NCBI GenBank assembly: GCA_000320545.1
Contig: ADNK01000872.1
Coordinates: 1-64,000 of the forward strand
Length of the DNA stretch: 64,000 bases
Direction of reading: 5' to 3'
Source of the DNA: Bigelowiella natans CCMP2755
Lineage: Eukaryota > Protista > Cercozoa
Both the position numbers and the translations under genes were made by a program. Shown one piece after another: positions 1-15,776 of the stretch (position 1 is its first letter; each line of letters begins with the position of its first letter). The notes under the pieces are model-generated. The model was not told the DNA's origin. It saw only the letters and a list, made by a program, of their open reading frames with translations, and ran no database searches.

Positions 1-220
1 ACCCTAACTTTAAAAACTAACCCTAACCCTAACCCTAACCCTAACCCTGATCTAACCCTAACCCTAACCCTAACCCTAACCCTAACCCTAACCCTAACCC
101 TAACCCTAACCCTAACCCTAACCCTAACCCTAACCCTAACCCTAACCCTAACCCTAACCCTAACCCTAACCCTAACCCTAACCCTAACCCTAACCCTAAC
201 CCTAACCCTAACCCTAACCC
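1..220 (+). repeat. Telomeric (CCCTAA)n array (TTAGGG type), chromosome end
   Basis: Near-perfect TAACCC tandem array from base 1 to 220, with a few variant units near positions 9-17 and 47-52. A further six units lie at 296-331. Confidence 0.98.
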
Positions 221-406
221 TAGTGTTGATCTACCCACTGCCGACTGTGTCGTGATTGCTGTGCCCGTTGAACTTAGCATCGCCTGTGCAAAATGTAACC
301 CTAACCCTAACCCTAACCCTAACCCTAACCCTAGTGTTGATCTACCCACTGCCGACTGTGTCGTGATTGCTGTGCCCGTTGAACTTAGCATCGCCTGTGC
401 AAAATG
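221..406. repeat. 75-bp subtelomeric segment duplicated inside the telomere
   Basis: Identical copies of TAGTGTTGATCTACCC...GTGCAAAATG at 221-295 and 332-406, separated by six TAACCC units (111-bp period). Confidence 0.95.
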
Positions 407-1566
407 GCAGGACCAGCTCGAGAAATGAATGGTGCTGATTGACACACGAAGACAACGGTGAAAACCTTTTCAGGCATGATCCCATCATGATTGCTACCAT
501 TGTGCATGCCAAGATGATGATGTGACATCATAGCGGCAGCATGTTGACTTTTTGACATCACTCCTTTCTCATCATTAATTCTTTGGAATCTACGAAAAGC
601 AGTAGGAGCTGCAAAATGATCGTCAATCTCTGCGCTGTGTCTTTTGGAAGATGCAACCTCATGGTCCATCTGCTCCCCAAGTGCGATGACCTTCACAGAG
701 ATCGGAGAAGGAGAAGAATGAGTGTTCATTTGTTGAGATCAAGATTCCCATTTGTTTCTTCAAACCTGCAAATGATTTGATCCATCACCTGCGCAAGAAG
801 ATCTTCATTGCTGCTTCCTGATGTCCTGCCAGAAAAAGAATAGTCGGCATTCCTCCTCCAATGTTGAAGAGACATTTACGCAAGATGTCCATCTCCACGA
901 TCTAAAAACATTGTTTCACATGCCCTGAATTGTCGTTTTTCTTGTCTGAGCTTTCTTTTAGGCGAAGGATCATCTCGTTCTCAGTTCCCATGACACTGAT
1001 GACAATGATGTGATGTGTGAGCTTTTCCCAAAGTGAAGAATTTTTTGGGAGGAAAATCATTCAGCTGCACACGCATTAGATCATTGGAAATTTTTACGCG
1101 CGAGATGTCAAGCAGATCTGCGTCTCTTTTTTAGTGGTTCCATTGTGCATCAGGTTGCACACTTGAGCCCTGAGGCGGCTAATGTTTTTCGCAGATTCCC
1201 AGCACTGAGACTCAATGGGTTTGGATTGTGCTTGCCATGCAATGTGAGAAAAGCAAACGTAGGACAAAGCGACATCATGTGATGCGAGTGTCAAGATGTT
1301 GTGGTGAATGGACGACAGACCACGACGGCAGCTGGAACAGAGACGATGAAAATCACAACGATGTCCACAACATGTTGGTGCAAATGAGACCGTCACGACA
1401 GTGACAGGCAATTGTCAAATGGCGAAGGGGCGAAACACAAACGCAGATGTGAATCAAAGAAGGTAGAGCTACAACAAGATGAGCGAAACCTGCCATCGAA
1501 GTTGATGCATTGCTTGTTCCTTCCTGGTCCTGTGGGGAGGGGGGTTAGCGCCTCAAGAGAGATTCG

Positions 1567-2480
1567 ATTCGCACGTGAAAGCAAATGTCCAAACCTCCAT
1601 GGCATTCCTCAGTGCAGAAGTGACCACCCTTTCCACATTTGCACGTCTAGAGTTTGATGTTGGAAAATGTGCATTCGCATTGATGCCAGCATTCCCGGCA
1701 GCAGCTGCTGCGACGCAAACGCAGCTACTGCTATTGCTACTGCACTAGCGCAACAATGCTGTTACGCGCGGTACACAGAGAAGCCTGATCACCTTGCAAG
1801 TGCCGGCTGTGCAGCCACAAACAGACCGCATGTGTAGATCGGTTGCGATTTCTTTGAGGAGGTGTCTTTTCTTCTCGTTCTTCTCCTCCTCCTCCTCCGA
1901 CGACCGGGTGGATGCTCTCTGTTTTGCCCATTTTCTCCCATGTTTTCCTTGTCTCGGGGTCAAAATGAAAAGCGTTTCGGTCACTTGAAAGCAAGTGATC
2001 GGTCGTGTGCAACCCTGGGTTGAAATGAAGAGCGTTTCGGTCACTTGAAAGAAAGTGATCGGTCGTGCACAATTCGCACATGAAAGCAAACGCCCAAACT
2101 TCCATGGCGTTCCTCAGTGCAGAAGTGACCACCCTTTCCACACTTGCACGTCCAGAGTTCAATGTTCCAGTGTTGGAAAACGCACATTCGCATCAATGCC
2201 AGCATTCCCGGCAGCAGCTGCCAAACGCAGCTGCTGTGTGGCTGTCACCACTGCACCAGCGCAATGGTGCTGTCACGCGCGGTGCACAGAGAAGCCTGAT
2301 CACCTTGCAAGTGCCGGCTGCACAGCCACAAACAGACCGCACGTGTGGATCGGTTGCGATTCCTTCAAGGAGGTGTCTTTTCTTCTCGTTCTTCTCCTCC
2401 TCCTCCTCCTCCGACGACCACGCAGGTGGGTGCTCTCTGTTTTGTCCACTTTCTCCCATGTTTTCCTTGCATCGGGGTCA
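1567..2480. repeat. Diverged ~400-bp subtelomeric direct duplication flanking a 60-bp tandem repeat
   Basis: Copy A (1567-1962) and copy B (2072-2480) align end to end, from ATTCGCAC.TGAAAGC to TCGGGGTCA. Between them is a 60-bp unit (1963-2022) repeated in part at 2023-2072. Confidence 0.92.
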
Positions 2481-2899
2481 GCTCCTTGCATGGCACGCAG
2501 ATGGCTGAGTTTTGGGCAATGAAAGTGGAATTTCATGATTTCTCGAAAACTGGAACGAGATTGAACACAAAGCTTGCATCACATCGATTCCGTGCACACG
2601 CGCGTTGCTCCTGGCCACACGTGCGCACACGTCATGGCCCCGCTCATTACACAGCCCAATGTCACACGGTTTGGGCAAGCTGTGCATCAATGTTCTGATG
2701 ATGGCATTGACTTGGTGATGCTCGCCTTGCAACCACACTGCCATTTTGGGTCATGGCTGCGCCAAAAAAATCTTTGCACATGCTGGACTTGATGTCCACA
2801 TTTGATGTGTCATTTTCATCATTGGAAGAAAACAGAGCTTTGGTGAGACAGCGCTTTGTTCTTGAAATCTGAACGAATGCATGCACCCTGCTTTTGTTT

Positions 2900-5800
2900 C
2901 TACCCTTTGGCTCGGCGACTTGTTGAGACATGAAGTGGAATGGCACGAACTGCATTGTCTAGAGTTTGCTCAAGGAATTCTTTCAAAACGTTGATCTGAC
3001 AAATAAAACAGTTGCTGAGGAGGTAGTCATTTTCATAATTTTACTTTTTCCTACCCGTGTTTGAATTTCAGAGCATAACTTTGGTTCCACAGCATTGACG
3101 TCAAATCCATCCTTGATTAACTCGCAACTCGGCTTCACTATTTCTGGGAAATCTTTGATAAGCTTTTCTATCCCACTGAGAGCCTTTTTCGGGAAATAAT
3201 ATCGTTAGCTTCACCTAATTAGGGCTCAATTTTGATAGCAACCTTATCGCCTGTCCATCTGACACCAGCGAGGAAAGCAGTTTCAAGACGGCCCTGATAA
3301 ATTAAATTGGTGACGTAAAGAAAGAAAAAAGTGCAATAGAAAAAGTTACTTTCTGCTGCTGACTTAATAATTGTGATATCTTTCCTTTTAGTTTTCGTCT
3401 CTCAGCCTTTTGCCTACAAATATGTGAAATGCAAGAATTCATCAGAATACTTCCATGTTGAAAAATTGGAAATTACGATCGAAGCTGTATGCTCAAGGAA
3501 TCCACAGAAGCCAGTGCTAGCTCCAATAGTCCCTCATTTTCTGGCCTGGAAGCACGTAAGATAGCATTTAGATCATGAACACAAGGGAAAACTTCGAGGT
3601 GCAGAGACCTACAACGCGCGAGTTGGTGCCGGGAGCGCGTAACCTAATGGGGCAATATTCATTCCTAGTTTTTGGCAAAGTATTCAGATTTTGAATTACG
3701 GTGACCTCTTTTTTCAATCTCTGAATCTGTGCCTTTTGTAGAACGTTTGCATAGGGAAGTTTTTGCGACATGCTCCTAAATATTGGCTGATGAGACTGTT
3801 TGTTTTTATTTAATTCTCATGAAGACCTCTTGAGTTCCTTAATTTCTGCTTGATGCTTCCGATGATCCTTTTGCAGCCTAATATTTTTCGTTAAAAGATA
3901 CTTGGTCGGGTATCATTAGAGTGATTACCTGCTCTGCATCTTTGTATACCATATTGAGTTCAAACGAGCAAGAAATTCTCGGAATGTATGCTTCTGTAGA
4001 GTCCGGCCCAATGCACTTTTGGAGAATTCCTACACCAATAGTTGTTTAATAACCCTTTTGAGAATTCGTGTTCAATCTACCTTTATCATAGATACCACTT
4101 CTATAGGGACTTCCTCATTGATCTTTGAAAAAATATAATTAGCAGAAGAATTCAGACATTGCTCAAAAATCAAGAACCGCTTTGTTCTTGGTTGGAGAAC
4201 GTATGGCCTTCAGCTCATTCTTTATTTCAGCCATATGTTCTTGAATCCCCTGTTTAACATTTTTATTTGGAGTTGAAGTGAATGAATTGAAAGTACCTGA
4301 GCCCTGCTTAATTTTTCTTGAAGAACTTCATTTTGATGTTTTTCTTCCGATATCTGTAAATAAACATACTTGAGCGACTACATAGAAACAAAATAAGAAG
4401 AGTAAATAAACCTGGTGTCGAAAGTTACGTAGTTCATCGTGAGCATCACTTAGTTGGGAACGGAGTAGAGATATCTCTCTATTAGCCTATATTTTGTATC
4501 GTAAGCTAGAATTTCAGTTGAGTTTTGGAGTGAGGACCTTGATATCTACTTCTGCCTGCGTCCTTATCTTTTGGAGTTCTACTTTATTTCTAACAACCTC
4601 CTCCTGGGTCTCCTTTAATATCTGCAGGAAACATTGTTTCACCTCATTTTCATCTGAGATTACACGAAAAACCTGAAGCTGTGACTGGTATGTGTCCCGT
4701 TCTTGCCTCAGTGTATTATTATTTTGCTTCAATGCCAGTAACTCCTCCGCATTTGCTACACTTGCTTCATCCATCTCATGAAGTTTTTCCTTAAGCACCT
4801 TCAGCTCTGCGTTAAGCTCTTTTGAATGGCGTAAATCCTCTGCATCTCTGTCAAAAGAAGTATTGAAGCAACATCGTTTGATCGTTTGAGCATCGATAAT
4901 GTAATCACCTTTTTTTCTGGTCTTCGAGATCGGAAAGAGCATTGTCCATCTCTCGTACACGGGAATGATTTTCTTTAATCGTTTGGTTCTGTGCTGATAC
5001 GCGATCCTGTGCTATTTTTAGTTGCTGGTGCATATCCTCACATGCGTCTCTCATAATGCTATTTTCTTTTTGAAGTGTCTTTATCAAAGTTTCTTGATTC
5101 TTATTCTCTAACCGAAGGACAGCAAGGTTATCCCTTAACTCGGCTGTATCTACGCGATGCTGCTCCTTAAGATCTGAAACCTCGTTTTCATGACGCCTTT
5201 GGATTGAGTCTTTCTCTCTCTGCATCTGGCGAATTTGGGCCTGTGGGTTGTAAATAATATTTGGGAAACAGTTCTACTCTGGTGGTTGCTAGTATTTTCA
5301 AAGGTATTTCGAACCTTCGATTCTCCCCAAAGCTCATGTATTCTCATCATTTCCTTGAAATGTCCACTTACACCTGGCTGATGAGAGACTAAAATTCAGA
5401 AAAGTACGCTTATCTATTCATCAGAACCTTGTATGATGGAGGGCCTATGCTCTTCGACATATTTGGTCTGGAATTTCTTTCGTCGTTGGTTGGAGTATTG
5501 CTAGACAAATAGGCAGAGGACGAGGAAAAACTACTCCGTAAGTGCTCTTTATTTTCTAACATAGTTGCTGCCTGGATATAACTTCCAGGTCATTCGAATA
5601 TAGTGCTCTTTTACCGTTCCTGGCAATAATTAAGTTTTTTTGGGTGATGTGTTCCGAGCTAAAAGCAAAAACTTGCTCGCTTTGAAAATACGAATCTGAA
5701 CCCTAAAAAGGTGACAACTACGATAGTACCTTTTTTAGATTTCAGTATGCTTGGACAAGTTACGCCGATAGATTGGAAACTCTAACGAGAGAAGTAAGCC

Positions 5801-5906
5801 CCCCACTCGTAGTTCGTACGAACTCAATCAAATGTGTACTAGTGGATAGGCTAGGAACACTTTCCAATTGAATTCGTGTCTCCGTACGAAAACGAGATAG
5901 ATTCAT
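2900..5906 (-). CDS. Multi-exon coiled-coil protein of unknown function (ends approximate)
   Basis: Heptad-rich E/K/L/Q exons (ORFs 4514-4960, 4905-5225, 3568-3771) are separated by ~55-70-nt GT-AG introns. A candidate last exon 2995-2900 reads INVLKEFLEQTLDNAVRAIPLHVSTSRRAKG*. I could not resolve the start or all 3' splice phases. Confidence 0.55.
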
Positions 5907-6841
5907 GAAGTAACGACTTCAAATCGTAGCTCTTTTAACGGTCACCGATGTTTTAAGATTCCAGTAGATAAAACAGGATGTTTCCCCCCTCCGACAAAGA
6001 AACAAACGTGTTTTATGACGATAAATTAAATTCATAAAATTAAAAAGCGCGTGAGCGCACGGGAGATTTTTGTCTCTTTTTCTCTCTCTTTCGGCCATTT
6101 TATCTCTCTCCGCCGTCTTCCAAAAATCTTCAGTGCCGTAGCGTGCCAATAGCAACCAAAACTGTAAAAAAAGGCCTGTTAAATGCAGTCTACTTCAAAA
6201 ACTTAATTTTTCGTTAAGGAAAGATCGCTTCCATTTACCGGTATCAAGATTTTAGACATGCCAGTGCCGGGGAAAAATATTTTTATGGTGATTTCATCCA
6301 AAAAAGCAGATCTACACACCATTGTTTTTTCCGACAAAGACAACGTTTTTGGAGTTAATATCAATCCGAATTGTCAGTAATTTTTAATTTCTTACAATTT
6401 TAAATAAAAAGCGGCTCTGTGTCTCGTCACCTGCATCTTTAAGACTATATTTATGTTAATACAGTAAAAATAAGGCTTTGGATAATTTAAATTAATGGAT
6501 TCAATGATTAATATTATGCATAAATTAAAGGCTGTTCTTAAATATATATAAATAAATTTGTTACTGATTATTACTTCCCCGCACGATATAAATCACTCTC
6601 TAGTCAGTATCTCTCTTTGGCGTTGCGTGTCTCTCTTTCCCGTAGCAGAAAGAGAATAGTAGAAATTAAAAACGTTTGATTCTGGTACAAATAAACCCAT
6701 AATAATAGTGCGTGAGAGAGTATAAGAGACTTCTAGCCTTTCAGCACTCAAAACTCTCACTCAGAGTTCTTACCACCCCCCCCTTCTCAGATCAACAACT
6801 GCAGTGGAGAGATATATATTAACATAATCTGTCCACATAAG

Positions 6842-8900
<2,059 letters not shown>

Positions 8901-9119
8901 ATTGAGCATCTGCTGGACACATTCCGAATCCTTTAAAAATCCAGCTGTTAGCTCTCTTTAGAACAAGTCCTTACATCGCTAGAGTAGTCCTATTTAGGAT
9001 TACGAACCAAGTGTAAGATTCTTGATAATCATCCATGTTAACCATATCAGGGTTGAATTTCACATGCCAATTAGCGGTGATTATAACATCTCCAATAACT
9101 GTTCCTTGATGAAATAAAG

Positions 9120-10190
9120 TGAGCGCACACGCAGCACACACACGTCACATGTGCGCGTGACACAAAATAAACTAGCAAGGGTGAGCAACATGTTTTTTTG
9201 CAACCACACGAGACTGCCTAGCTGCGCTAGTGCAGGGCGGCGCATCGCACATTGCACGGCACGTATCGTGCAGATTGATCAAGAGATTGGTCGATTGCAC
9301 AGATCGTGTGCATGAGCTAGATGAGATGGATGTGTAATGAAGTGATCAAATCTTTTCAATGGTCATCATGATGTGCATAGCGCTGCGCGTGCGCGAAGCT
9401 GTAGCGATGCGAAAGCAGCAGCGGCTACGACACAGCGCTCATGCAGGTTGCATTGCATCTGTTATTTGTTTCGTCTATACTCGATCTCACATAGCATGTA
9501 CGTACGTGTATGTTTCGATCATGCATCATTTAAAGCACATCTGCATCCTGCGCTGCGCACGTCTGCGATGTCGTGCGGTACGATGCGTACGTATAGCGCG
9601 TGCGCGCGCAGGCGCGGTCGTCCTGTCCGTGCCGCGCCTCGCTTTTAAGTTCCAGTCCTGATGAGTCAGTCGTTTCGTCCCGCATGCGTCGTTTCATTGC
9701 GATTCATGCTAGCTAGTTAGCTAGGCATGCTACATGCATGCATGACGATGGCATTCAATTGATCGCACATCTTGCTAGCTTGGCTTCCTCATATGTCATC
9801 GCATCCGGCTACACTTTCGCATTACTGGCATCAAATTGAAATCACCAGCAAGCTAGCAAGCATTATTGCTATCACATGGATGCGCGCCATCTGTGCTCGC
9901 TAACTGTGGGGTACGTGCTAGCGTGGGCAATCTAGCGTGGAAAATCCATGTTGTCCCGAGAACAATGTGAGGAAGCAGATGCCACATGCAACACATGCAA
10001 AAAATTTAAACATTTCATTGCATTCGTCTTGACACATGCTAGCATGCGGTGTCACAAAAGACATGGATCATCTCCTTCAATGTGCAACGAACGTAACTTT
10101 TCCTGCGTACTAGCGTACATCTCAGTCAACTCATGCATCCTCCATATCTGCATCATATAGTGGTTACGTTGTCGCATGAGCTGGACAGCG
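9120..10190. other. CTAG-insertion island A (convergent intergenic gap)
   Basis: Perfect units ATGAG-CTAG-ATGAG (9312), CTTG (9771), CAAG (9849), CGTG (9914), CATG (10035) and CGTA (10106): 6 of about 13 CTAGs. Rich in alternating purine-pyrimidine sequence. Confidence 0.85.
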
Positions 10191-10196
10191 AGCAGT

Positions 10197-12589
10197 TTAC
10201 TCCTCGTCTTCTGCAATCACTGAGTAATATATCCACATAGGCATGCACGCATGCAAAAAAAGACTGAAGTCAGAACAAAAAATATCATAAGAATTGTTAT
10301 ATGTAATAAATTGTGCTGCTGCCACTGCCACTACTATTACTACCACCTCGGAGGTCCAAGCTGCCACTGGAGATGAGAACGCCACGCATTTGCGAAGCTA
10401 AATCCTCTAGAGGCTTGAGCTTTTGATACTTCGATCGACATCAAGCAAGACAACCCACCACCATCACCCAATAGAAAACGAGAGAATAAGATTGAGAAGG
10501 AGTGGGTGAAATAACACGAAACACGGATGCCCTCTATCATCACCACTGCAATCATCTGATCGTCATCATTGATTTGTTTGTATTTGTATTACCATTAGCT
10601 GTGGTGGGCCCCTTCTTCGTCCTCTCTCCCGTCTTCTTCTTCTTTCCCCTTCCTCTCCTGCATCCTCTTCCATAATTGACATTAGGCGAGTGGTGACTGA
10701 GAGAAATAAGTGCGGCGAGGAAGACACTTGTTCTGCAAGGCGTTCCACTCCATTGCTTGTACTTGAAGGGGAGGGGGATGTTGACGAGGAAATCAGAGTA
10801 TGTAGTAGCACGTACACCTCCTTTACCAGTCGAATGCGTACCGCCGACACTTGTTGTTGCGTCAAATGTTTTTGACATGCTTTTAGATCTTCCCATCCAC
10901 GAAATTGGGGTACTACTACTGTGAGCATCTTCTTTTTTTTGGAGGTGGGTGTAGGCATCATCGTCGATGATTCGGTTATGGAGGTGGTGCCGGTGGCAGA
11001 AGAGGCAGCTGCTGCACCCTAAACAGACAAACCTCAGGGGAGAGACAAAGAGAGAGAGAGAGAGAGAGGGGGGGGGGGGGGGGAGCGAGGATCAAGACCA
11101 CACTACTACTACTACTACTACTACTACCACCTCCTTGTGGTTGTAATAAAGTTTCTTCTTCTTCTTCTTCTTCTTCTGCTGGTGCTGCTGTGCCCCTTTC
11201 TTGCTCCCGATCGCTTTTGATGCAGACGCTGTTGGTGTGTGAGTAGTGGTATTATTGTTATTTTCCTTGGAGGAACTCTTCATTGTTGTTGTTGTTGTTG
11301 TTGTTGTTGTCATCGTTATCGTCCTGCAGGCTGATGTCGGGATGGTTATAGGATTTTGAGCTTCTAGAGCTTTGAGCTGCACATCCAACAGCATCACCAA
11401 ACGAGGTAAGACCTAATGAAAATACGATGATAATAATGATAATGTTTATATTATGGCAGTCAATTTGGTGGTGATTGGATAGAGTTATTACTAATTGTCG
11501 TAGCTAAGCAACAACAGGCAAGTAATTGCATCAATCTACGACGTTTGGGACGATGATGACGATGAGGAAAAAGAGGAGGAAGATGAAAAAGATGAGGAAG
11601 AGAAGGAAACATATTGACTGGTCAACAGGATGATTTGGATGGACACATCACTATGATTTCTTTAAAACTAAGACATATAGACACTAACAGAGAGCACATA
11701 CCCCCCACACACATATAAATAAATAAATAAATAAATATAAAAATATACACAAATATACATAATTTAAACAGGTCCTTCCTCACCACACGTGCGTCGTGGT
11801 CTTGTCCTCTTCCTCTTTCTTTTCCTCCGTTGTTTCTGGTGCCATGCTCACGCTGCATGACGATATCGGCATTTCCGTTGTTTTGTTGTACCATGAAGGC
11901 TAGCAGCTCAACGATACGCAGTTTTAGCGTGCATTCCTGAATTTCCCTGACAAGAGAAGCAGACACATAAATACAGTATTATGGGAATGAATCCGAAATT
12001 GTTTCAAGATATAAGCAAAAATTGCTTTTCCTTATTAATCGCTACTACTTCGCAGAATAGACAGTGATTTGTATGTGTATCTTCCAGTACGTCATTATAT
12101 CTATATATGTGTGTTGCATATCTTCCAGTACGTCATTATATCTATATATGTGTGTTGCATATATAACCTCCCCCCCTCCCCCTCCCGCCCTCTCTTTCTC
12201 TCTTTTGTATACATACAGTTTAGCTAGAATCTCGTCGGTATCGTCATCATTGTCATCCTCCTCCTCCTCCTCCTCATCATTGTTGTGGGTGCTTTTATTC
12301 TCTTCATGATCTTCATTGGCATCATCTTGCTGTTTCTTCGAGTTGCTGCCATGGAAATGATGATGATCAACGTCATCACTCCTCCTCCTCACAGTATTTC
12401 CTCCTCCTCGCCTTCTCCTCTTCATCAACCTCATCATTATTTTCTTCTTGCCAGGATGCAGACGACGACCAAGATGCGAGATTAGCTTGTCCAAAATAAT
12501 AATGTTGGTAGTGCTGCTGGTACTGTAGTTGTATCCCCCATTGAGAGGTCTTACCAGATGTAGCCTGAAATGGGTGGATGTAGTGATAG

Positions 12590-12620
<31 letters not shown>

Positions 12621-12910
12621 CAACCAAAAATAAGAGGGAGGAGATAATGACTGTTGGCCAAGATAGTAGTAGTGGTAGTAGTAGAAGAAGGAGAGAAGTA
12701 GTAGTAGTACCAGAATTTATCGTACACAACCAGACACTACATCTTAAACATGATCATTATCATCATCATCGTCATCATCATCATCAAACAACAACAACAA
12801 CAACAACAACAATTGCATCACCAAAGACAGTTAATCGTAATTGAGTCTGAATTCTTTCTTGATTTACTATTTGACGACGAATGTTATAACTCCTCCTCCT
12901 CCTCCTACTG

Positions 12911-12943
<33 letters not shown>

Positions 12944-13197
12944 TTACAACTACTTCACATATAATAATTATTGACTGTTGTATGGCTGCTCACAAGTTGC
13001 GGGGATCCCAGGCCAACGCAGTGATGATTGAAACGAAGAGAATCTAATTAAACAGAAAACAATTGCGACTGCTATGACGACGATGGGAGTGAGGTTGATG
13101 ACAGATAATAGATGTGAATATCAGCTAAGAATCTTTCTTCCAATCGTCATGAAAATGAACACATCATCATTTAATGTTACATTTAAAAACATAATAG

Positions 13198-13232
<35 letters not shown>

Positions 13233-13504
13233 TGATTCCCGTGGGTGCGACAGGGGATAATAGAATGAGGACATTCTCTTTCTTCCAGAAAGATCCAAAT
13301 TTTTGAAAAGTTGTCATTGGAAAGTGGGGAGCATCGTGAAGCAATGCTGACGATGTTAAACAACATTAGAGGATCATTTAAATATTGTTAGTATTAAGAT
13401 TATAACAGTGCAAATTGTGTAACTAGTATCCGATGATGGCCCAAGCTGCATTTTCTTCATATTGTTACTTACAAATGCCTGCAAGCGCGGACACACCCAC
13501 ACAC

Positions 13505-13546
<42 letters not shown>

Positions 13547-13910
13547 GAATTATGTTAGTTTGATTGATTAGTCACCTTGAAAAATAGACAGAATTTGGTG
13601 GAGAGTCGATAATGGAGGAGGAGGTGTGGAAGAGGAGAAAGAGGAGGAGGAGAGTAGAGCATGCCTCTGGTAGTGAGCACTACCATACCGTGCATGTAAT
13701 ATACGAAGTCGTTCACGCTCAAGGCCAATTTCCTACGTGGCACGTACGTGTGATGTGTGTGTATTTGTTTCTGTATAATGTAAGAACTCGCACATTAACA
13801 ACCCTGCCACCACCACCACCACCACCACCATCACCACCACCAGCACCTGCTCGAGGAGATTGAAGAGTGACCCAATCAGCAATTGGGCGCTCCTTTCACT
13901 GGTTCTTCTG

Positions 13911-13944
<34 letters not shown>

Positions 13945-14014
13945 TCTTTTCGTTGAATACTTGTACACGTGGTGCTTCTACCTACTACTACTAATTCTAC
14001 TACTCTAATTATGT

Positions 14015-14048
<34 letters not shown>

Positions 14049-14315
14049 GGGGGAAAAGGACACAACAGATAAGTCAGGCCCTTGTAAGACGTATATTTAT
14101 CACGAATTCTTCCTCGTTCTGGCTTCTTTGTATTTTCTTCTTCTTCTTCTTCTTCTTCTTCTTATTATTATTATTTACTTTGTTGTTGTAATGTCTGTGT
14201 GAATAGACGCAGTAGTGGTAGTAGTAGTAGTAGTAGTAGTAGTAATTGTACATACAAATTTAGAATGTTGATCCCCTCACTGTGACGAATCACCACGACG
14301 ACAAAATAGGTGAGA

Positions 14316-14361
<46 letters not shown>

Positions 14362-15141
14362 TATTTACTTATATTTCAAGGAAACATCATCATCATCATC
14401 ATCATCATCGTCATTGTCATCATCATCACCACCACCAGCAGCAGCAGATTACCTCTTATTTACTAATTCACAAAAAGGAGAAGAAGAACAAGTTCCTCCT
14501 TCTTCTCCTCCTCCAACTGTCCTTCGTTGTCTATGTAGACGTGGTGGTGGTTGCTGGTGTCGCTCTGCTGATTTTCCATTATCATCACCAGCGCTTCTTC
14601 TTCTTGTTATTTTTTCCCCAACCGGTGCTGCTGCTTTAACGATAACACGGCTGCTCTCATTACCAGCAGAATCGTTGTCATAACCATCATCGTCAGCCAT
14701 AGAAGGAGTAGTAGCAGCAGCACCACCAGTAGCAGCGTTCTTGCCATCATCATCATGATCATCATGATCATGATTCCTCGTTGACGAATTGAATAACTTA
14801 AATAACCAGGGAAATCTACGACAGCGTGTCTCCCTACGAATTCGCTGATACTCATAGAAATGGTGGTCAACACCATAGCCAGGTGGTGCTGGTGGGAGGG
14901 GAGGGGGAAACTGCAAAGAAGAAGTAGTAGTAGTAGCAGAAGAAGAAGAAGAAGAAGAAGAAGAAGGCAGAGCACACACACCCCGCAAAGAAGCACACAT
15001 GATATATATTCTGATTGAATAAGATAACGATGGCAGCAGGGAAATAGAACGACGCATGATGATAATAATACGACACTACTTGCAGCTCTCCTCCTCCTCC
15101 TCCTCCTCCTTCCCCTCATCTCCCAACACACACACACACAC

Positions 15142-15180
<39 letters not shown>

Positions 15181-15446
15181 TGGTAAGGTAGCACCTTGTC
15201 TTCTTTGTCATCATCCTCTCGATGATTCCCTGCTGCTGCTGCTGCTATTTTAATATTATCCCCTTCTTCTTCCAGTCGAGTGCTTCTTTTTTGGTGTGGA
15301 GATGTTGTTTTGTTGTTGTTGGCCGCATGTGTATTGTTTGGATGTTTGCATGATGATGATGGTGATGATGATGATGATGATGATGATGATGAGGTCATCA
15401 TCGTCTGCCTGCATTCGTAGGAATTCTCTACCTAAAAAGAAGAAAG

Positions 15447-15486
<40 letters not shown>

Positions 15487-15549
15487 AGGGAAAACTAGAG
15501 AAAAGAGATGATCATGGAATTAAATTTATGGATCACTGTGGGTGGGTGC

Positions 15550-15581
<32 letters not shown>

Positions 15582-15734
15582 ACAGCAGCAGTAGTGCTAA
15601 AATAATTATCTTTGTCATTAAGGCTGCTGCTTATTACGACGTACACACACACACACAAACACACATAATTATCTTTGTCATTACACAAACACACAAACAC
15701 ACACGCATACACACATTAAGGCTGCTGCTTATTA

Positions 15735-15776
<42 letters not shown>

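Noticed and set aside
41-445. 134-aa poly-(LG) ORF
   Set aside because: It is a translation of the telomere repeat.
1567-2480. 5mC CpG decay as the sole cause of the TG/CA excess
   Set aside because: CpG stays abundant, TpA is the missing dinucleotide, and TA versus TG/CA differences are seen directly between the copies. A minor CpG contribution is not excluded.
1094-2955. Many overlapping His/Cys-rich ORFs in the subtelomere, and similar ORFs in the islands
   Set aside because: Loss of TpA removes TAA/TAG stops in all frames and inflates His/Cys/Met. No recognisable protein is encoded.
9655-9682. Hammerhead-ribozyme-like words CTGATGAGTC and GTTTCGTCC
   Set aside because: The two core halves are on opposite strands (GGACGAAAC appears only as a reverse complement), so no hammerhead can form.
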